In this document: positions 19,176 through 29,148 of the stretch, piece by piece
Layout of the letters: every line of letters begins with the position of its first letter
Position numbering within the stretch: the stretch's first letter is position 1
Origin: Planctomycetota bacterium
GTDB lineage: Bacteria; Planctomycetota; B15-G4
Direction: 5' to 3'
Length of the DNA stretch: 64,000 nt
Assembly: GCA_965248575.1 (NCBI GenBank)
Contig: CBDFJQ010000002.1
Coordinates: forward strand, 4,480,001 to 4,544,000
Position numbers and translations under genes: made by a program
The notes under the pieces: generated by a model
What the model saw: only the letters and a program-made list of their open reading frames with translations
What the model was told of the DNA's origin: nothing
Databases searched by the model: none

Positions 19176-19835
19176 TCAACCCAGGTTGTCGCCCACGGTC
19201 TCATTGGGCTTGGACACCGGCGTCGCCACACCATCGATGCTACGAACGTAGTAGTTGGCGTAGAACCCCTGCTGTGTCGCGTCGACGAACTCTCTGCGGC
19301 TCATGATCCTTCCCGTCGCCAGGTCCTTGAAGCCGATGTTGCGGCCCGATGAACTCTCCGCGACGACCGTGACGCGATCACCGAATGTCTCGTCCGTATC
19401 GTCCTTGAAGGACGGTCCCGTGTCCGGCACCTGGGGCGCCGGGGCAACGTTTGCCGTCAGCAGTGCGGCCGCCCAGTCTCCGCCGCTGTTGGCGAGCGTG
19501 CCATTGTAGAGCGTCGCGTTCTGGCCTGCCCCTATGTGGGTGGCCGGGATGCCGGCGGAGTCGTCGATCGTCCACCACGCGCCCCCTTCCTGAAGCTGCA
19601 GTACCCCCCAGACCGACAACACATATTCGGTCGAAAGTCTCAACGTGAGGTCGAGCTTCAACTTCACTTCACCGTCCACTGTCTTCTCGCGACTCCAGTT
19701 GCGGTCAGCACCACCAGCGTTGAGCTGGAGCACCTCCGCCCAGTTGTAGGATTCCTCTTCGTCGGCGTCCCAGAAACCAAAGTCGTGATCGTGGATCTTC
19801 CCGATGCAGTTCAAGGCAACGTTTATGAGTGTCAT
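19176..19835 (-). CDS. Protein with C-terminal DUF3892-like domain
   Basis: GRNIGFKD..GRIMSRREFV...YYVRSIDGVATPVSKPNETVGDNLG; GGAG RBS. Confidence 0.7.
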   Translation of the reverse strand: MTLINVALNCIGKIHDHDFGFWDADEEESYNWAEVLQLNAGGADRNWSREKTVDGEVKLKLDLTLRLSTEYVLSVWGVLQLQEGGAWWTIDDSAGIPATHIGAGQNATLYNGTLANSGGDWAAALLTANVAPAPQVPDTGPSFKDDTDETFGDRVTVVAESSSGRNIGFKDLATGRIMSRREFVDATQQGFYANYYVRSIDGVATPVSKPNETVGDNLG

Positions 19836-20021
19836 CTTTCAGCTCCCTCTTCCAGGGCCCTCTTCGGGGCTTTCAAGCACGTTCATGGCGTGCCCAAGAG
19901 TCACCGCCCTTGGGCTCGCCCGCGGACCCGTGGATTCTTCCACGGCAACAGGGACACTAGCGCTTCCGTGACGGCGAGGCCCTACGTCGTTGGCCGTAGC
20001 GCAGCAGCATTGAGTGCGGGC

Positions 20022-20260
20022 TACCTGCCCAGACGGTTCGTACCAGTTTCTAATGTTAGTCGATGGCTGTTTGGGACGGCCGCTTCCTCCCGTCGGAGCG
20101 AAGCGGAGGCGGGAGCAAACGGGAGCGTTGTCCGTGGTGCCGGCGCCTTGTAGCCCAGGCTGCTGTGCAGCCTGATCGTGTTGTAGCGACGCCCCCAGCC
20201 CTCGATGATGATCTGCGCCTCCCGGAGCGTGTAGAAGCTCTCGCGGTCCAGCAGCTCATC
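20022..20260 (-). mobile_element. IS3-family (IS407-like) remnant: transposase C-terminus and terminal repeat
   Basis: Minus-strand DELLDRESFYTLREAQIIIEGWGRRYNTIRLHSSLGYKAPA (rve_3-like); end sequence TACCTGCCC..GTACCAGTTTCTAATGTTAG. Confidence 0.8.
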
Positions 20261-22526
20261 TACCTGGTCCTCGAAGCGAGTCGCGATCGACGCTGTGCTC
20301 GCCGCGGAACAACTCGAGGCCGACGCGGTCGACGACGGTCACGCGATAGCTTCCGGGGCGCAGCAGCAGCGCCGGGGTGGGGCGACCGGGCCAGAGCACG
20401 ACCTGGTCGACGGGGACGGCCTGCCCGGACTCGTGGGCCAGGTGCGCCTGCAGCAGCACTGGCCTGTCGAAGTCCAGGTCGGGAACCACGTAAGGGGCGC
20501 GCAGTCCGCCCATACCTAGCCAGTGCGGCCGACCATCGCGCAGCTCCGTGCGGGAGTGGATGAGTGAGGCGTCCAGCGCGCCGGGCTGGGCGCTCCACAG
20601 TGCGCCCTCGTCGTCTGCCAGAAGGGTCGGGCCTTCGGCGGTCCAGCCGGCGTCGACCGCGTGTCGGAAGGCCCAGTGCTCGAACTCGCGGGCGCTGTGC
20701 TCGGCGAGCGAGAACTGGTTGACTGTCAGCGGGTCGATGCCGGAGAGCTCGGCGAGCACGCCGCCCATGGGCGTCCACTCGGGTCCCGCGCTCTCGGCGA
20801 TGTGATCCCGGCCTGCGATGACGAACACCCGGGCGTCCGGGTGCTGGGCGAACGTCCGCTCGAAGATGTTCTCGGCCTGCGCGCGCTCGCGCCGGTTCAT
20901 GCGCTCGACATAGCTGTCGTCTGGCTCGCTGCGGGACTGCTCTGGCGTCGCGTCGTAGCCGAACACGACGAAGCCCAGCGCGAGGGCCCGGCGGATCAAG
21001 TCGCCGAAGGCCGGGTCACGGAGGTAGGAGCCGCTGGTCAACAACGGGTAGCCCCGCTCGCGGAGAGCGTGCTCGTCCTCCCGCAGGGCCTCCACCGCCA
21101 GGTAGCCGAAGCCCGCCGCGCGCAGGGGCTCGATCAGCTGATTGGAGAAGGCCCGCTGCATTGACGAGCGGTGCTCCTCGTTGACCATGACGAGCGGACG
21201 CTCCGCCGCAGCCTGCAGCAGGGTCTCGAGCGCGGGCCGCGGCCGGTAGCCAGCGAGCGGGTCCGGCCCGTCGGGCCGCGTCGTGCGGGTGCCGGAGGCT
21301 CCGAAGGCCTCGTCGCCGACCTTCGTGGCAAGGGCCTGCTCACCCACGAGGGCAAGGTAGGTGCCGAGGGTGTCCAGGTAGGTCGTCAGGGAACCGGGGT
21401 CGGCGCGCGCCTCGTTCTCCCGTTCGAGCAGACCGAGGACTGCGGCCAGGTAGCCGGCCTGAGCCTGGTCGGCGAAGGCCTCGTCCGCCACGACGAGCGG
21501 CCAGGGTCGTCCGCTCGGCTGCGTCCGGGACACAGGTCGCTCCACGGTGCTCCCCGTCGACTCAAACAGGGCGATGTACGCCTCCAGGGTCGTCATCCCC
21601 AGTGCGCGCCGACGTTCGTCCACGCCCTTCAGCTCCAGGTTCTCGAAGGCCAGTGTGCCGTCGGGGCGGCGGGTCAGCTGGGTTCCGTAGCGCTGGGGCG
21701 AGCCGAGGTTCAGCTGCAGCCGGTCGTAGAGCAGCGCGTACTCCTGTCCGACGGAAGGGTCGCGTTGCGCCTCGTCCTCGATCAGCGGCAGGGCCGTGAT
21801 CATGAGCCGCAAATGCCCGCTGTGCTGCACAATGAAGAAGGCGCTTTGAAAAGTCGCCTTGCCGAAGTGCTCCGGGGACGGCCAGCCGACGTCCTGTATG
21901 AGCTCGATGAGTCGCGCGGTGTTGTCGCGGTCGATGGCGGACATCTCTTCGCCGACCGCCTGCATCTCCGGCGATTTGAAGAATGCCTGGGCGCCCTCCG
22001 CTGTCGAGAGCCGGCCTTCGGCTCGAGCCTGTTGTTCGAGTTCCTCCACACGCAGCCGCGGGGCCTGATCCCGGCGCATGCGCTGCTCGAACTCCTTGGC
22101 AAGGGCTTCGATCTCGTCGGCATCGGTGCTGCGCGTGCCCAGCGAGTAGGGTTCGAGCTGCAACGCCGGGGGCACGCTCCCGAGGCGTTCGTAGCGATCG
22201 ACGCGGTCACCCACGGGGTACCTGATCGTGAGCACGTCGTCCTCGATGGTGAGCGTGCCGGGGATAGGCGTCGCTGGCCACATGCTCGAGAGCCGGGCGC
22301 CGTCGTCCGCATAGCGCACCGTGTTCAGCGTCTGGCGCCCATCACGGAAGCGCACGCAGCGGGCGTCCAGGAAGTGCAGCTGGTCGTCGCGCTCCACATG
22401 GGCCCAGGCTCCAGCCATGAGCTCGCGCAGCGTGTCGTCGGGTGGGGCGGCCAGGGCGTCCGGAGCCATGCTGAGCAGCAACGCGCCGAGCAGGACGAGG
22501 CAGTTCGATCGAACGAGGCTGGGCAT
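20256..22526 (-). CDS. Secreted DUF6624-domain protein fused to an EreA/ChaN-like domain
   Basis: Signal peptide; DRDNTARL..GWP..IVQHS..YDRL..QRYGTQ (DUF6624); VMVNEEH..GFGYLAVEAL..RERAQAENI..GRDHIAE. Confidence 0.7.
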   Translation of the reverse strand: MPSLVRSNCLVLLGALLLSMAPDALAAPPDDTLRELMAGAWAHVERDDQLHFLDARCVRFRDGRQTLNTVRYADDGARLSSMWPATPIPGTLTIEDDVLTIRYPVGDRVDRYERLGSVPPALQLEPYSLGTRSTDADEIEALAKEFEQRMRRDQAPRLRVEELEQQARAEGRLSTAEGAQAFFKSPEMQAVGEEMSAIDRDNTARLIELIQDVGWPSPEHFGKATFQSAFFIVQHSGHLRLMITALPLIEDEAQRDPSVGQEYALLYDRLQLNLGSPQRYGTQLTRRPDGTLAFENLELKGVDERRRALGMTTLEAYIALFESTGSTVERPVSRTQPSGRPWPLVVADEAFADQAQAGYLAAVLGLLERENEARADPGSLTTYLDTLGTYLALVGEQALATKVGDEAFGASGTRTTRPDGPDPLAGYRPRPALETLLQAAAERPLVMVNEEHRSSMQRAFSNQLIEPLRAAGFGYLAVEALREDEHALRERGYPLLTSGSYLRDPAFGDLIRRALALGFVVFGYDATPEQSRSEPDDSYVERMNRRERAQAENIFERTFAQHPDARVFVIAGRDHIAESAGPEWTPMGGVLAELSGIDPLTVNQFSLAEHSAREFEHWAFRHAVDAGWTAEGPTLLADDEGALWSAQPGALDASLIHSRTELRDGRPHWLGMGGLRAPYVVPDLDFDRPVLLQAHLAHESGQAVPVDQVVLWPGRPTPALLLRPGSYRVTVVDRVGLELFRGEHSVDRDSLRGPGR

Positions 22527-22565
22527 GGCGACTCCAGTGGCGTGACGGTCCTCCCGCTCTTTCTT

Positions 22566-22600
22566 GTCTACTAGAAAAAGGGATGATTATTCTAATAGAA
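22566..22600. promoter_or_regulatory. Tandem palindromic operator (G/T)TCTA-N-TAGAA x2
   Basis: GTCTACTAGAA 22566-76 and TTCTAATAGAA 22590-600 in an AT-rich divergent spacer. Confidence 0.5.
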
Positions 22601-22653
22601 ACTCATGGCACAATTTCAGCGATCCGATCCCGTGGCGCGCCAGGAGCCCTCCG

Positions 22654-23232
22654 ATGAGCCAGAAACGGCCCCAACTGAAGCTGATCCAGCGGCCCCGGGA
22701 ATTCGCCGCCATCAACTCTCAGGTGCGTCAGACAATCATCAAGACCATCCGGCTGCTGGAGCCCTGCTCCGTGCGTGAGGTCGCGGAGCGCCTGGGGCGC
22801 AAAGCGGAGACGCTCTACTACCACATGGACATCCTGGCGGAGGCTGGCATCGTTCGCGAGAAGGGGCGGCGTCCGGCGGGGAAGCGTGACGAAGCGCTCT
22901 ACGAGATCACGTGCGACCGCATGCAGTTCCACCCCACGAAACGCAGCCCAGTCTTCATCAAGGGCTTGCGTCGCACGTACTCGGCCATGATCCGGGAGAC
23001 GGAGCGGCAGTTGCTGGACGCAGTGGGGCGGGACAACGAGGTGCGTCAGGGCGCCGGCAAGAACATGCGCTTTCAGGTCTACGCCGCGCATCTCACGAAG
23101 GCCGACATCGACGAGCTGAACCGCCGCCTCGACGCCGTGCGCGAGCTGCTGCTCGAGCGCGCCTCCGGTGAGGGCGGCAAGCCGCACCAGGTGCTGCTGC
23201 TCATGTCCCCGATGGAGGGCGCCGCCAGCTAG
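22654..23232 (+). CDS. Winged-helix (ArsR-like HTH_20) transcriptional regulator
   Basis: VRQTII..PCSVREVAERLGRKAETLYYHMDILAEAGIV; AGGAG RBS. Confidence 0.8.
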   Translation: MSQKRPQLKLIQRPREFAAINSQVRQTIIKTIRLLEPCSVREVAERLGRKAETLYYHMDILAEAGIVREKGRRPAGKRDEALYEITCDRMQFHPTKRSPVFIKGLRRTYSAMIRETERQLLDAVGRDNEVRQGAGKNMRFQVYAAHLTKADIDELNRRLDAVRELLLERASGEGGKPHQVLLLMSPMEGAAS

Positions 23233-23465
23233 CGACCGCTGCTCGCTTGTGCCCCGGGCTGCTCACGTGTGTCCCCGTCCGGCGGGGTCAGGGTGAGGAC
23301 CGAACGGGATGAGCGGTTCGGCGGGGCTCTGACCACTTTCCGGTCCGCTGCCATCGTCCACACGGGTCGCCACCGCAACCGGGTTCTCGGATCCTGGTTC
23401 CTCGCTTACCATCCACGCCCCGGCGCGGTGCCGCGTCGGGCAGATCCATCGACCTGGAGATCCCG

Positions 23466-24632
23466 ATGACGCGCGTTCCATCCCACGCCCTCGTGGCGCT
23501 GTTGTGTGCCGTCCTGTGCGTGCCTGCGTTCGCCCAGTCCTTGCTGGTGACGGAGATCCTCGATGCTGCGGGGGACGGCAACGGCGCGCTGCTCGACCGT
23601 GCGTTCGGCATCGCGGAGGGGCCGGACGGCTCGGTCTACGTCGTCGGCAATCAGAGCGACAACGTCTTTCGCATCGCGCCCGACGGGACGACGACGGTGA
23701 TCCTCGATGCCACGGGCGACGGGCAAGGGAACCTCCTCGACCGCGCGGCGGCCGTGTTGGTGGACGCCCAGGGCCGGGTCTTCGTGTCCGGCGCGGCGAG
23801 CGACAACGTCTTCCGCGTCGACCCCGACGGCACGCGCACCGAACTCATCGACGGGACGGGCGACGGCCTGGGCAATCCGCTGGATAGCCCCAACTACCTG
23901 GCCCTTGACGCGCAGGGGAACCTCTACGTCTCGGCCTTCCAGAGCGACAACGCCTTCCGTGTCGCACCGGACGGCACGGTGACCGAGATCATCGACACGC
24001 TGGGCGACGGGACGCACGCGCTCCTCTTCTGCCAGGGCATGGCAGTCGATGGGTCGGGGAACGCCTACGTGGCGGGTGTCGGCTCGAACAACGTCTTCCG
24101 CATCGACCCCAAGGGAGCCGTCACGCAGATCATGGACGTCACCGGCGACGGCCGCGGCGCGCGGCTCGTCTCGCCGCGGGCGTTGGGGGCGGATCGCTTC
24201 GGCAACCTGTTCGTGGCCGCCTCGTCGAGCAGCAACGTCTTCCGCATCGCGGTGGACGGGACGATCAAGCTGCTCCTGGGCTTCGGGGGACCAGGCGACC
24301 CGTTGCCGTTCAGCGCGCCCTACGAGATTGCGGTGACGGCGAACGGTACCGTCGCGGTCCCCGGCAACAGCAGCGACAACGTCGTGCTCATCCGGCCGGG
24401 AGGCGCTGCCGTCGAGATCCTCGACGCGAGCGGAGACGGGCAGGGCAACGTGCTCGACGGTCCCGTCGGTGGCATCGCCTTCGGCCGTGACGGCACGGTC
24501 TACGCCACGGGCGGCGACAGCGACAACGCCTTCTCGATCCGACCTGGGACGGGCTTGTCCGTGCCGGTGCGCAGTCCCGACCCAGCGGCCTTTCTTCCGG
24601 CGTGGCTCACGCCTTGGCTGCCCGGACTCTGA
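23466..24632 (+). CDS. Secreted NHL/SMP-30-like beta-propeller repeat protein
   Basis: Signal peptide; seven ~48-aa repeats (TEIID.TGDG.G..L..P.G.A.D..G.VYV.G..SDNVFRI.PDG). Confidence 0.85.
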   Translation: MTRVPSHALVALLCAVLCVPAFAQSLLVTEILDAAGDGNGALLDRAFGIAEGPDGSVYVVGNQSDNVFRIAPDGTTTVILDATGDGQGNLLDRAAAVLVDAQGRVFVSGAASDNVFRVDPDGTRTELIDGTGDGLGNPLDSPNYLALDAQGNLYVSAFQSDNAFRVAPDGTVTEIIDTLGDGTHALLFCQGMAVDGSGNAYVAGVGSNNVFRIDPKGAVTQIMDVTGDGRGARLVSPRALGADRFGNLFVAASSSSNVFRIAVDGTIKLLLGFGGPGDPLPFSAPYEIAVTANGTVAVPGNSSDNVVLIRPGGAAVEILDASGDGQGNVLDGPVGGIAFGRDGTVYATGGDSDNAFSIRPGTGLSVPVRSPDPAAFLPAWLTPWLPGL

Positions 24633-24762
24633 GGTCGAACGCGCTGACCTTCACCATGCCCTGATGGAGTCGGGGTAGGCCGGGCTTCAGCCGGGCACGG
24701 GTCAGGCCTCGTGGAAAGCACGCGCGACCAGCGACGCCCGTGTATCCGGTGGGGGACACGCC

Positions 24763-25557
24763 TCAGCTGCGCTTGGACTTCTGCTCGCAGAGTGCCACGA
24801 GTGCGTGAGTCCCTTGGACAGGCATGAACGGCCCAATGCTGGTCTTCACGTTGCGAGCCAGCAAGCACGACTCATCCTCAACACCCTGGAGCGCCCGGCC
24901 CAGATGGTGATAGAGCGCCTGATCGTCATCCCTCATGAAACTCAGGATGGCCGCACCCAGATGAACGGCCTGGTCGTCCGGGCGATGGGCCAGGGCCAAC
25001 TCGAGCGCAGCGTCGCGCGCTGCGCTCGTCCGCGGATTGAGATTGCGCCGACACTCGATCAGCCCCTCGAGCGTCCAGGCCAGATCGAAGGCCGCCAGAC
25101 CCAGAGCGCGGCGTGCCACGAGCTGACCTTCTTCCGGTGCGGACTCGAGCGCCCGTTGGGCAATCTGCACACGCCCCTCCAGCATCAGCACCAGGCTCTC
25201 GATCTCCTTGGTCTGCGGATCGTCTCCCCACGCCAGGTAGATCAATGCCCGACGCAGTGTTTCCATGTGGAAGAAGGTGTCCTGCCTGGCTTCGATCGCT
25301 TCGCTCGTGAGATCGACGACCGTGGAACGGTCGAAGAACCAATTGGTGTCGAAGGCGCTGTCCCCGAAGGGCAGGGACGGCACCTCACCTTCGGCAAAGG
25401 CAATGGGGTGACACAGGACCGGCGGCCCCCACAGGGCCGGGGCGGAAGCCGGGCTGCGGGCGGCTGCGCTGCCGGCAAGCCCCACATACAGGCCCATGAA
25501 GAGGGACAGGGACAGGGACAGGGTGCGCGCGAGGCATCGGGTCGAGAGCATGATCAT
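24763..25557 (-). CDS. Secreted hypothetical protein
   Basis: Signal-like N-terminus; GPPVLCHPI motif; helical body; start at 25557 or 25551. Confidence 0.65.
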   Translation of the reverse strand: MIMLSTRCLARTLSLSLSLFMGLYVGLAGSAAARSPASAPALWGPPVLCHPIAFAEGEVPSLPFGDSAFDTNWFFDRSTVVDLTSEAIEARQDTFFHMETLRRALIYLAWGDDPQTKEIESLVLMLEGRVQIAQRALESAPEEGQLVARRALGLAAFDLAWTLEGLIECRRNLNPRTSAARDAALELALAHRPDDQAVHLGAAILSFMRDDDQALYHHLGRALQGVEDESCLLARNVKTSIGPFMPVQGTHALVALCEQKSKRS

Positions 25558-25981
25558 TCTCCTGGGATTTGGGCTCGAAGCCCGGACGTGCCCCCTGGCG
25601 TGGGAGCCTGCCCTCAGGAGTCCAACACACGCCTGACCGTGATCAGGGAAATCGAAAATCTGGGCGACAGTGCATGCGTGGCGCAAACTTCGTCCGGTAA
25701 GACCTGCTCGGCGGACGCTGTCGCGGCGCATGCATGGCGAGCCAGCTCGGTAGGAAGCGCAGCGCGTTCCCCTTCGTCAGAGCGACCTAGCTCACCGCCA
25801 TCGCCCGTCCTGCCCAAGACCGCTCGTATTGGGCCTGACAAGGCAATGACGGTTGCCGCATTTGGTCTCACAACACGCCAAAGACTGCGAAGGACCGTCG
25901 GCTGAGTTTGTGAGCAGAACGGGCTACGCTGCGTCCCGCAGCAGGGTCATGCACGCATGTCAGCTGCTCCGGGTCACACCG

Positions 25982-26911
25982 CTAGCGCAGTACGTCTGGA
26001 ACAGGGTTCGCGTGCGAGGCGCATTGAAGCCAGCCGTCATCGACGCGCCGATAGACTTCGGCGGCGCGTACGAGGAAGCTACCTCCGTTCGCTTCCGTGG
26101 CCCGAAGCAAGGCGAACACGAGCGCGGTCTCGCCGTAAATTTGGGCCTCGAACTCGATGATCGCTCCCCCGGCGACCCGTGCGGTCCATTCGTCCGTGGC
26201 GGGGATCACTGCGCCATCGCGGACCACGACCTTCGTGCTGGTCAGCTCAAATCCGACCCAGTCGTCCGTTCTGAGTTCGCTCAGCGCCTCGGCGTTCCCA
26301 ACACTCGTCAGGGCTAGTAGCGCCGCCTGGCGCAAGAGGGCCTGGTCTGCTTCAGAGGGCCTTCGGTTTACCCAGCTTTCGAGCGCATTTGCGGACGGTT
26401 CGGGCGGATCGTCGACCGCCAGGGGCCGCAGTCGGGGGAACGCTTCGAAGGCGGCTGCAGAGGGATAGCCGATCGAGTTGTCGGGCAAGACGCAGATGTT
26501 CGTGCCGCATTGATTCCAGCGTCCTCCTTCGCGCCGATAGATATCGATCGCGCGATAGAGAATCGTCTGCGCTTCCTCCCCTGTCCCGATGAAGTAGCGA
26601 GCGACGTAGGGCGCGACGGCGATGTCTTCGTAAACGCGCGGCACGATCTCGAGCATCTCATGCCTGCTACCTCTGCCGTCTGCCAAGGCGGCTTCCGCGT
26701 TTGACATGTACCCCTCGATCCCGCGGACGATGCTCAGGCTGCGACTCTGAAAACCTAGCCAATCCTGGGTATGACGCTCTTGGACTCCGATGCGATCCTT
26801 GGCGATGAATGCGCTGAAGATCGCATCGACGTGTGCAGCGATCGCTTCGCTGTCACTCTCCTGCTGCACGGGTGAGGTCGCGAAGAGAAGCAGCGCTACG
26901 AAACAGAACAT
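25982..26911 (-). CDS. Secreted tandem NTF2-like (DUF4440) protein
   Basis: Two repeats: DWLGF..RVYEDIAV..IYRREGGRWNQ and DWVGF..QIYGETAL..VYRRVDDGWLQ. Confidence 0.75.
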   Translation of the reverse strand: MFCFVALLLFATSPVQQESDSEAIAAHVDAIFSAFIAKDRIGVQERHTQDWLGFQSRSLSIVRGIEGYMSNAEAALADGRGSRHEMLEIVPRVYEDIAVAPYVARYFIGTGEEAQTILYRAIDIYRREGGRWNQCGTNICVLPDNSIGYPSAAAFEAFPRLRPLAVDDPPEPSANALESWVNRRPSEADQALLRQAALLALTSVGNAEALSELRTDDWVGFELTSTKVVVRDGAVIPATDEWTARVAGGAIIEFEAQIYGETALVFALLRATEANGGSFLVRAAEVYRRVDDGWLQCASHANPVPDVLR

Positions 26912-26953
26912 GAGATCACCAGTTCGTGTTGGTTGTGTCCCGTTGCCGACCTA

Positions 26954-27043
26954 CTGCGAGAGAGGGTGCAACCGGGCGAGAACGCCTTGGAGACGTGAAC
27001 GAGATGTCTCACCCTAGCACTCGGCTGCAACACTTTTTCAGAT
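26954..27043 (-). mobile_element. Degenerate attC-like site
   Basis: Minus strand ATCTGAA-AAAGT-GTTGCAGCCGAGT...CGCCCGGTTGCAC-CCTCTC-TCGCAG, just upstream of the 26911 gene. Confidence 0.35.
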
Positions 27044-27481
27044 GGTTCTATGGTCCCCGAGCCGTCATGCAGTCACCTCATGGTGCCTAATGCATGAAAG
27101 CGACACGAAGCGCAAGAATGCCACCGACGTGTTTCCGCTCAATGTGAAACGGAATCGCACTTCACCCAGATGCGTGATCCTGTTTGGCTGCTTCCTGCCA
27201 GTGAGACCGCTGCGTTTCAGTACACTCAAGGCGCGAGCTCGCCAAGCGGTGACGCCAAAGATTGCATTCGACGACGAACATCAACCCGCTAACTAAATGT
27301 CCTACGCACTGCTGACGCCGGCACGCAATGCCCACGACACACACCGTCGAGTCTCAGCGTCCAGACCCTGTCACTTGCCCGTTGCGCGGAACCTGATATT
27401 CCGACCGTCACGACTCAGGCTCCTGGGATCTCGCTGGACAAGCGCGAACGCTATTGATCAGGGCGTCTTGGCTCACGTGTC

Positions 27482-28108
27482 GTGATGCTCTTCGAAACCT
27501 GGATGGCGTTCACGTTGCTGGTAGCCGTCCTCGCGGTGTCTCCCGGCCCAAGTGTGCTCCTGGTGGTCTCACACGCCTTGCGGCATGGCTCGCTGCGAAC
27601 CACGGCAACGATTTGCGGAGATCTCACGGCAAATGTACTGCAAATGTTCGCTGCTTGGCTTGGCATAGCCAGCGTCCTCGCAGTCTGGCCCTCCGCGCTC
27701 GAAGCCGTTCAGTGGCTCGGAGTGGCCTATCTAACATGGGTCGGTGTCTCGAAGCTTGTCCGAGCATCACGTCGATCTGGAACGGACGATGTCCCCGCCG
27801 AGCTTGAGTTGCTCTCCCGTCGTCGACTCTTCATCGCCGGGTTCACAGTCTCGGCTCTGAACCCGAAAGCCGTGCTGTTCTTCGCGGGGCTCTTTCCAAG
27901 TTTCCTCGACCCTGATGCTGCCCAGTTGCCCCAATTGGCCGCGCTGGGCCTCACCTACGTTCTCCTTGATGGCACCGCACTCTTGGTCTACGCACTGCTC
28001 TCTTCACGACTGGCTAGGCACTTGGAGCACCACCGCAGTGCACTTGACCAACTCGCGGGTGCCCTGATCGTTGTCGCGGCCTGCATCATGGCAGCCAGGC
28101 AGCTCTAG
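27482..28108 (+). CDS. LysE/RhtB family translocator
   Basis: SPGPS motif, AYLTWVG, LNPKAVLFF; multiple TM helices. Confidence 0.92.
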   Translation: MMLFETWMAFTLLVAVLAVSPGPSVLLVVSHALRHGSLRTTATICGDLTANVLQMFAAWLGIASVLAVWPSALEAVQWLGVAYLTWVGVSKLVRASRRSGTDDVPAELELLSRRRLFIAGFTVSALNPKAVLFFAGLFPSFLDPDAAQLPQLAALGLTYVLLDGTALLVYALLSSRLARHLEHHRSALDQLAGALIVVAACIMAARQL

Positions 28109-28150
28109 GCCTCCTCGCTTTGCGCCCGACGCGCCCCCTTGCTGCTCACC

Positions 28151-28591
28151 TCACCGCTGCCTGAAGAACCACGGGTACAGGAATCCGTTGGACACACCGA
28201 CGACACTGAACACGATGACGGAGCTCACCATGCTCCAAGCATAGAAGGGCTTCAGCGCCTCGACGTAGTGGTTCATGTAGACCGCGCCCACGCTGCAAAA
28301 AAACAGGCACATGATGAGGTAGCTCTTGAGACTGCGGACGATCATGGAGCCGCGCAGGCTTGGGTGCATCAGGTGAAAAACGCCAGTCGCAACAAACCAC
28401 ATGATGAAATTGTAGACGAGCGAAATCGAAAAATCTGCGGCGGTGAAGTTGTTGTCAAAGACCTCCGGGTAAAACGGCATGACCGCATGCATCGGCTCCA
28501 TGACTGTGGCGCCCTCGATCGCTCCGCCGACGCTGTAGCGAATGATATTGAGGGCGAGAGTGAGCGCAAACAGCCTTGCAATATTCCCCAC
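28151..28591 (-). CDS. Four-TM hypothetical membrane protein
   Basis: Four hydrophobic segments; GTG start with GGAG RBS. Confidence 0.65.
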   Translation of the reverse strand: MGNIARLFALTLALNIIRYSVGGAIEGATVMEPMHAVMPFYPEVFDNNFTAADFSISLVYNFIMWFVATGVFHLMHPSLRGSMIVRSLKSYLIMCLFFCSVGAVYMNHYVEALKPFYAWSMVSSVIVFSVVGVSNGFLYPWFFRQR

Positions 28592-28623
28592 TTGACGACT
28601 CCGCGTGAGAGTTCGAGTGATAC

Positions 28624-29148
28624 CTAATTATCGTTTGACATGAACCAGACCTGAAGATCGGCGAGGACATGCTTCCAGCCGACAACGACATTCTGGTGCA
28701 GCCAGTCCCAGTCGACTCCATGCTGGTAGCCGCGGTGACTCACACTCAGAACACAGCCACCCTCCTTGGGCTTGGCGAGAATCTCGATCTCCAGGGGTGC
28801 GAACAGACGATGCCCGGGTTCGACCATGACGACATCGCCGATCAACACGCGTCGTGCACCAATCTCACGGATCACGCCGGTCCAAACATGGGAGGTCTTG
28901 TCCTCTCCGTACTGATCCCAGGTCACCGCCCAGGTCCCGCCGACTTCCTCGTCGACTCGGGAACGAGAGACCCCCCACCATTCGGCCAGGTCTTCCGCGC
29001 TGAGGAAGGCCGAAAGGGCACGCTCGGGCGAAGCCGGGATATCGACCGTCGTCACCACGTCGCGGCCAGCCGGTGCCATGCTTGTTGAGCGACATGCGGC
29101 AATCGTCACGAGGACCGTCAGAAGTGAAATGCTCTTGGAGAAGCCCAT
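28624..29148 (-). CDS. SRPBCC-domain lipoprotein
   Basis: TIAAC lipobox; VDIPASPERALSAF..LAEWW...GWKHVL. Confidence 0.8.
   Translation of the reverse strand: MGFSKSISLLTVLVTIAACRSTSMAPAGRDVVTTVDIPASPERALSAFLSAEDLAEWWGVSRSRVDEEVGGTWAVTWDQYGEDKTSHVWTGVIREIGARRVLIGDVVMVEPGHRLFAPLEIEILAKPKEGGCVLSVSHRGYQHGVDWDWLHQNVVVGWKHVLADLQVWFMSNDN

Noticed and set aside
25503..25523. (GGGACA)3 tandem repeat
   Set aside because: In-frame hexamer encoding LSLSLS in a signal peptide; no phase-variation effect
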